A stretch of 64,000 nucleotides of DNA from Dehalococcoidia bacterium (GTDB lineage Bacteria > Chloroflexota > Dehalococcoidia > Lucifugimonadales > UBA3495): assembly GCA_965262485.1 (NCBI GenBank), contig OZ253540.1, positions 2,660,182-2,724,181 of the forward strand, written 5' to 3'. Shown one piece after another: positions 61,001-64,000 of this stretch. The notes beneath the pieces were generated by a model. The model ran no database searches, was not told the DNA's origin, and saw only the letters and a program-made list of their open reading frames with translations. Each line of letters opens with the position of its first letter. The first letter of the stretch is position 1. Both the position numbers and the translations under genes were made by a program.

Positions 61001-62366
61001 CCTGTTTGCCCCCAACATCTTTGTGGCCCGCTACCTCCAGGAAACCGGCCAGCTCAAACCCGAGGTGATGGCCACCGCCGAACACTTTATGACCACCGGA
61101 TACCAGCGGGAATTGACCTATCGCCGCAACGATGGCAGTTTCTCAGCCTTCGGCCAGTCAGATTCTGAGGGCAGCCTGTGGCTTACGGCATTCGTTCTCA
61201 AGTCCTTCGCCCAGGCCGACGGCCTCATCTATATCGATTCCGCCGTGCAGGATCAGGCCATGCAGTGGATACTCTCCCACCAGCGCGGCAACGGCTCATT
61301 TGAGCCCGTCGGTTTCGTGCATCATAGCGACCTGCTGGGGGGCTTGCAGGGCAACACCGCCCTCACCGCCTACATCGCCATCGCCCTCCGGGAGGCCGGC
61401 GAAACCGGCCAGTCCGCAAACGCGCTGCAATACCTGGAAGGTCGGCTGCCAGACATCGACGACCCCTACACCATGGCCATCGTCGCCTACGCCCTGGCCC
61501 TGGGCAATAGCCCGCGCGCCGGCGATGCCCAGCAACAGTTGATGTCCATGGCGACCAGCGACACCAGCGGCCTGCACTGGCAGCACTCCGCCGCCGTCGA
61601 AACCACCGGATATGCAACCCTGGCCCTCCTGGAGAACGGCGACCTCGTCAGCGCCGCTAACGCTGCCCGTTGGCTGGTCTCCCAGCGCAACGCCTATGGA
61701 GGTTACAGCTCTACCCAGGATACCGTTGTGGGTTTGCAAGCCCTCATCCGGTTCGCCGCCCAATCCAAATTCGACGTCGATATGACCATCGATCTATCTG
61801 TAGGAGACTGGAACCGGAGCGTCGTTGTCGATGAAACCAACGCCGACATCGTCCAGGTCCTGGAGCTGCCCCGGGGAACCGACCTGAGAGTCGCCGCAGC
61901 AGGCGACGGGCAGGTCGTCGCCCAGGTGGTGCACCGATTCAACCTCCCCGAGGTTCAAACCTCCTCCCCTGAGACGTTCCACATCGACGTTACGTACAGC
62001 GCCGACCACGTCCAGGTGGACGATATTATTGAGATTACCGCCGCTCTGGCGTTTGTCCCGACCACGCCGCTGGATGCCGGCATGATCGTGCTCGACGTTG
62101 CGGTTCCCACCGGTTTCGCCGCGGAGGTGAACACGGTGCGGGAGCTGGTGCAGGCCCATAAGCGGGTGAAACGCTACGAGATCGCCGGTCGCAAGGTAAT
62201 CCTGTACATCGAAGAGCTCAAGGCCGGTGACGAGATGTCGCTGCGTTTTAACGCCCGCGCCCGGTATCCTGTGCGCGCCCAGCCCGTAACATCCGAGGTC
62301 TATTCGTACTACAACCCCGACTGGCGCGGCGAAACCCTGGGCGCCAGCGTAACCGTATCCAACTAA
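58080..62366 (+). CDS. Alpha-2-macroglobulin / thioester protein, animal CD109/TEP-like
   Basis: QTDKPIYRPGQ, YVLPKYE, YFPETWLW, PDSITTW, MPYGCGEQNM thioester, DGSFSAFG, WLTAFV, STQDTVVGLQAL. Confidence 0.94.
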   Translation: MKTKIAASLVFVGVAVLVAVAAYLTQLSPSPPGDSDPDAVVYSGRLDSYLAVAPAVLRAGQTENISVSLFDGAEPAQGAVRLALMQDGVPVAQTTELVQGAASVPFPVPALPSGDYDLHIVSSGDNGTQFEDTASVSVQNPTILFLQTDKPIYRPGQQIHLRVLRLDPDLKPAPGPVTVEIQDAKGNKVYRQETDADEFGMATADLPLSTEPNLGVWNITASSGEQTTQQDVRVEQYVLPKYEITLDLPRSWVLASDPVVGTVSAEYSFGKPVRGEVEIIASRYVGVWEQYAVFTDEIDGSVSFELPPVGYVAGVPAAGGQGNLQLDITVREPSTGYLERSTELLTVAETPVNLQWIPESGAFKPGLPFSLLIVAETPDNRPVDSDVNVTLQFFDRNLNRISQESFDVTASNGKALVEIEPPDDAVTLTISASSPNTYAAITLPASYSPTGNFIHVEQTGAARLDVGQQASFFIHSTGEARNFYYEVVSRGRVVFSDVSQSPDISIALTPEMSPSSRLLVYQILPDNEVAADYIPFSVSASYPMPVDVGFSAAEARPGDPVDIQLNTQGPAKVGLAVVDRSVFILAENRLNLQQVFSELERLYLQPRVEAHYADWPGDAKTRGSSEAFTEAGLVVMTDKNVPDGIEYGRRESWWIRWLFGSLAGVGGMAAVGSIGAGVMEFRRGGRKIRYALFGLALLLSVGLMVGCGGYASEESVGMAAMAPVPASGAAAASGSAAAASGSLADVQRVRQYFPETWLWTDVMTDASGQAILPVEAPDSITTWMLRAVAMSPEHGLGVAETELTVFQPFFLQVDLPYSAIRGEEFPVKVALYNYLETPQDFFVELDESEDYELLGERTQVVSVAPNQVGGVEFDIRLTRLGSLPIEVTARSSDSADAVIQTLLVEPEGVARESVDNAILSGGDRRDFQIIPHPDEIPGSDRAYVVLTGSYLSQTLEGLENLLQMPYGCGEQNMILFAPNIFVARYLQETGQLKPEVMATAEHFMTTGYQRELTYRRNDGSFSAFGQSDSEGSLWLTAFVLKSFAQADGLIYIDSAVQDQAMQWILSHQRGNGSFEPVGFVHHSDLLGGLQGNTALTAYIAIALREAGETGQSANALQYLEGRLPDIDDPYTMAIVAYALALGNSPRAGDAQQQLMSMATSDTSGLHWQHSAAVETTGYATLALLENGDLVSAANAARWLVSQRNAYGGYSSTQDTVVGLQALIRFAAQSKFDVDMTIDLSVGDWNRSVVVDETNADIVQVLELPRGTDLRVAAAGDGQVVAQVVHRFNLPEVQTSSPETFHIDVTYSADHVQVDDIIEITAALAFVPTTPLDAGMIVLDVAVPTGFAAEVNTVRELVQAHKRVKRYEIAGRKVILYIEELKAGDEMSLRFNARARYPVRAQPVTSEVYSYYNPDWRGETLGASVTVSN

Positions 62367-62446
62367 CCCCCGCCACCCCCCACCATTGGGAGGAGCGCCC
62401 CTCACCCCCAACCCCTCTCCCAGAGGGCGAGGGGCGTACCCCCAAC

Positions 62447-62570
62447 TGTCATTGCGAGGAGCGCAGCGACGTGGCAATCTCGCTGGGGCTGAACACACGT
62501 CGGCAAACCACCATTGCTACGGCGACGAGATTGCCAACCCCCGCATCGAGTACGGGGTCGCAATGACAGA
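62447..62570. repeat. Family A core flanked by family B and C units (62399-62705)
   Basis: GTCATTGCGAGGAGCGCAGCGACGTGGCAATCTC..TCGCAATGAC. Confidence 0.82.
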
Positions 62571-62777
62571 TGCTACGGTGAAACCGGGGCTATCGGCCCC
62601 CCGGCGCATCTGCTCCCCTCGCCCTCCGGGAGAGGGGCCGGGGGTGAGGGCGGAACCGCCACCCAACCTGCCCCTGCCCCCCGCTCATCCTGAGCCTAGT
62701 CGAAGGGCTACTCCCCATAGACAAACCTGACCTCTTCCTGCAACAATGCACCACTACCCTGCAGTGGAGATGAAACT

Positions 62778-63830
62778 ATGGCAGACCGCATCGCAATCAT
62801 GGGACCCGGCGCCGTGGGCAGCTATGTCGGCGCCTTCCTGGTCCAGGCTGGCGACGACGACATCACTTTTATCGATATGTGGCCCGAGCACGTGGAGAAA
62901 ATGCGCACCGTGGGCCTGCGCGCCAGCGGCAGCCAGGGCGACTTCACTGTCCCCGTCAACGCCATGCACCTCACCGAGGCGCAAAACATCACCGAACCAT
63001 TCGACTACGCCTTCATCACCGTCAAGTCGTACGACACCGAATGGGCCACCCATTTCATCAAGCGCTACGTCAAGGACGATGGAGCCTTCGTTTCCATCCA
63101 GAACTGCTGGAACGACCCGACCATTGCCTCCATCGTGGGGCCGGAGCGCCAGTTGGGTTGTATCGCCTCTCACATCGAGGTTGCCCTCTGGGAGCCCGGC
63201 CACGTCAATCGGGGCGGAGAACCCGGACGCGACCATGGCCACACCGTGTTTCGCGTGGGTGAGAACAGCGGGCAGGTTACAGAGCGTTCCAAGGCCATCG
63301 CCGCCAAACTCGACAATATCGATGCCGCCTACGCCACCGATAACCTGTGGGGCGAGCGGTGGGCCAAGCTCTGCCAGAACGGTATGGGTAACGCCATCTC
63401 CGCCATGAGCAAACTGGGCAGCCAGGAAATGGCCGAAGATTCCCGCATTCGACGCATCCGCATCCAGCTGGCCAAAGAGGGCGCTCAGGTCGGCCTTGCT
63501 CAGGGCCTCCAGGTCGTGGACATCAACGGCATCCCCGCCGAATTCTGGGCCGACGCCGACAAGGGCGACGTTTTCGAAGAACTGGATGGGAGACTGTCGG
63601 AGTCCGGCGGGCGGGTCAACTGGCTGGCTTCCATGGCCCAGGACGTCCACAAGGGCCGCAAGTCCGAAGTCGATTTTATGAACGGTCTCATCTGCGACAA
63701 GGGCCGTGAAACCGGCGTCGCCACCCCTTACCACGACGCCATCGTCGAGGCCATGCGACTGGTGGACAACAAAACCATTGTCGCCGACCCCGAAAACGTT
63801 GACCGTATCGTTCGCGCCATCGGAGACTAA
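62778..63830 (+). CDS. panE: 2-dehydropantoate 2-reductase family
   Basis: GPGAVG, TVKSYD, SIQN, WAKL..N, SMAQDV.KGRKSEVDFMNG. Confidence 0.85.
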   Translation: MADRIAIMGPGAVGSYVGAFLVQAGDDDITFIDMWPEHVEKMRTVGLRASGSQGDFTVPVNAMHLTEAQNITEPFDYAFITVKSYDTEWATHFIKRYVKDDGAFVSIQNCWNDPTIASIVGPERQLGCIASHIEVALWEPGHVNRGGEPGRDHGHTVFRVGENSGQVTERSKAIAAKLDNIDAAYATDNLWGERWAKLCQNGMGNAISAMSKLGSQEMAEDSRIRRIRIQLAKEGAQVGLAQGLQVVDINGIPAEFWADADKGDVFEELDGRLSESGGRVNWLASMAQDVHKGRKSEVDFMNGLICDKGRETGVATPYHDAIVEAMRLVDNKTIVADPENVDRIVRAIGD

Positions 63831-63918
63831 TCAAATCAATCCCCTCTCCCTTGATGGGAGAGGGTAAGGGTGAGGGTGGAAATACTTGGCGCTTGAATCT
63901 CCAGGAGGAGGCCCACAG

Positions 63919-64000
63919 ATGTACATCGCCGTTGAGCCCGCCGGGTTGATGATGAATACCATCAAACTGGTTTTTGATCCCACGGATCCTGCCGCCGAGG
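63919..64000 (+). CDS. Start of a hypothetical protein (runs off window)
   Basis: AGGAGG RBS then ATG, open to the window end. Confidence 0.6.
   Translation, partial: MYIAVEPAGLMMNTIKLVFDPTDPAAE

Noticed and set aside
14818-62570. Family A repeats as a CRISPR array or integron attC cassette array
   Set aside because: Copies are dispersed, their internal spacer is conserved rather than unique, and there is no cas or intI gene or regular periodicity

Overview
GC-rich bacterial chromosome segment. The gene content (two LLM monooxygenases, two thiolase+DUF35 pairs, CoA-transferase, MaoC pair, SDRs, several apparently leaderless genes) suggests a Chloroflexota (Dehalococcoidia/SAR202-like), possibly host-associated organism; this is inference only. 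It begins in serS, followed by a type III restriction-modification pair, a cobalt nitrile/thiocyanate-hydrolase-like cluster with a split beta subunit, rpiB and catabolic genes. 38.3-47 kb is a decayed island (tRNA-Thr-like att, broken tyrosine integrase, portal remnant, IS5, IS630, IS1380, IS1595). Then come iscA-ygfZ, a DUF3800 gene with a Y-shaped leader RNA, tRNA-Val(GAC), an animal-type thioester alpha-2-macroglobulin and a ketopantoate reductase. Intergenic DNA is saturated with several palindromic repeat families, often packaged between IS-type terminal repeats in mix-and-match combinations. Best leads: (1) promoter > three-way-junction RNA > U-tract > DUF3800 RNase H-fold gene; (2) a small membrane-protein family with a leaderless start plus an internal in-frame RBS/ATG, one copy carried on an IS1595-type non-autonomous cassette; (3) a CD109/TEP-like A2M whose bait region holds two hydrophobic helices and a lipobox; (4) the combinatorial MITE system and a 24-nt hairpin that inserts in frame. 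Several single-base homopolymer frameshifts probably reflect sequencing error. All family assignments are from motif recognition by eye; no searches were run.
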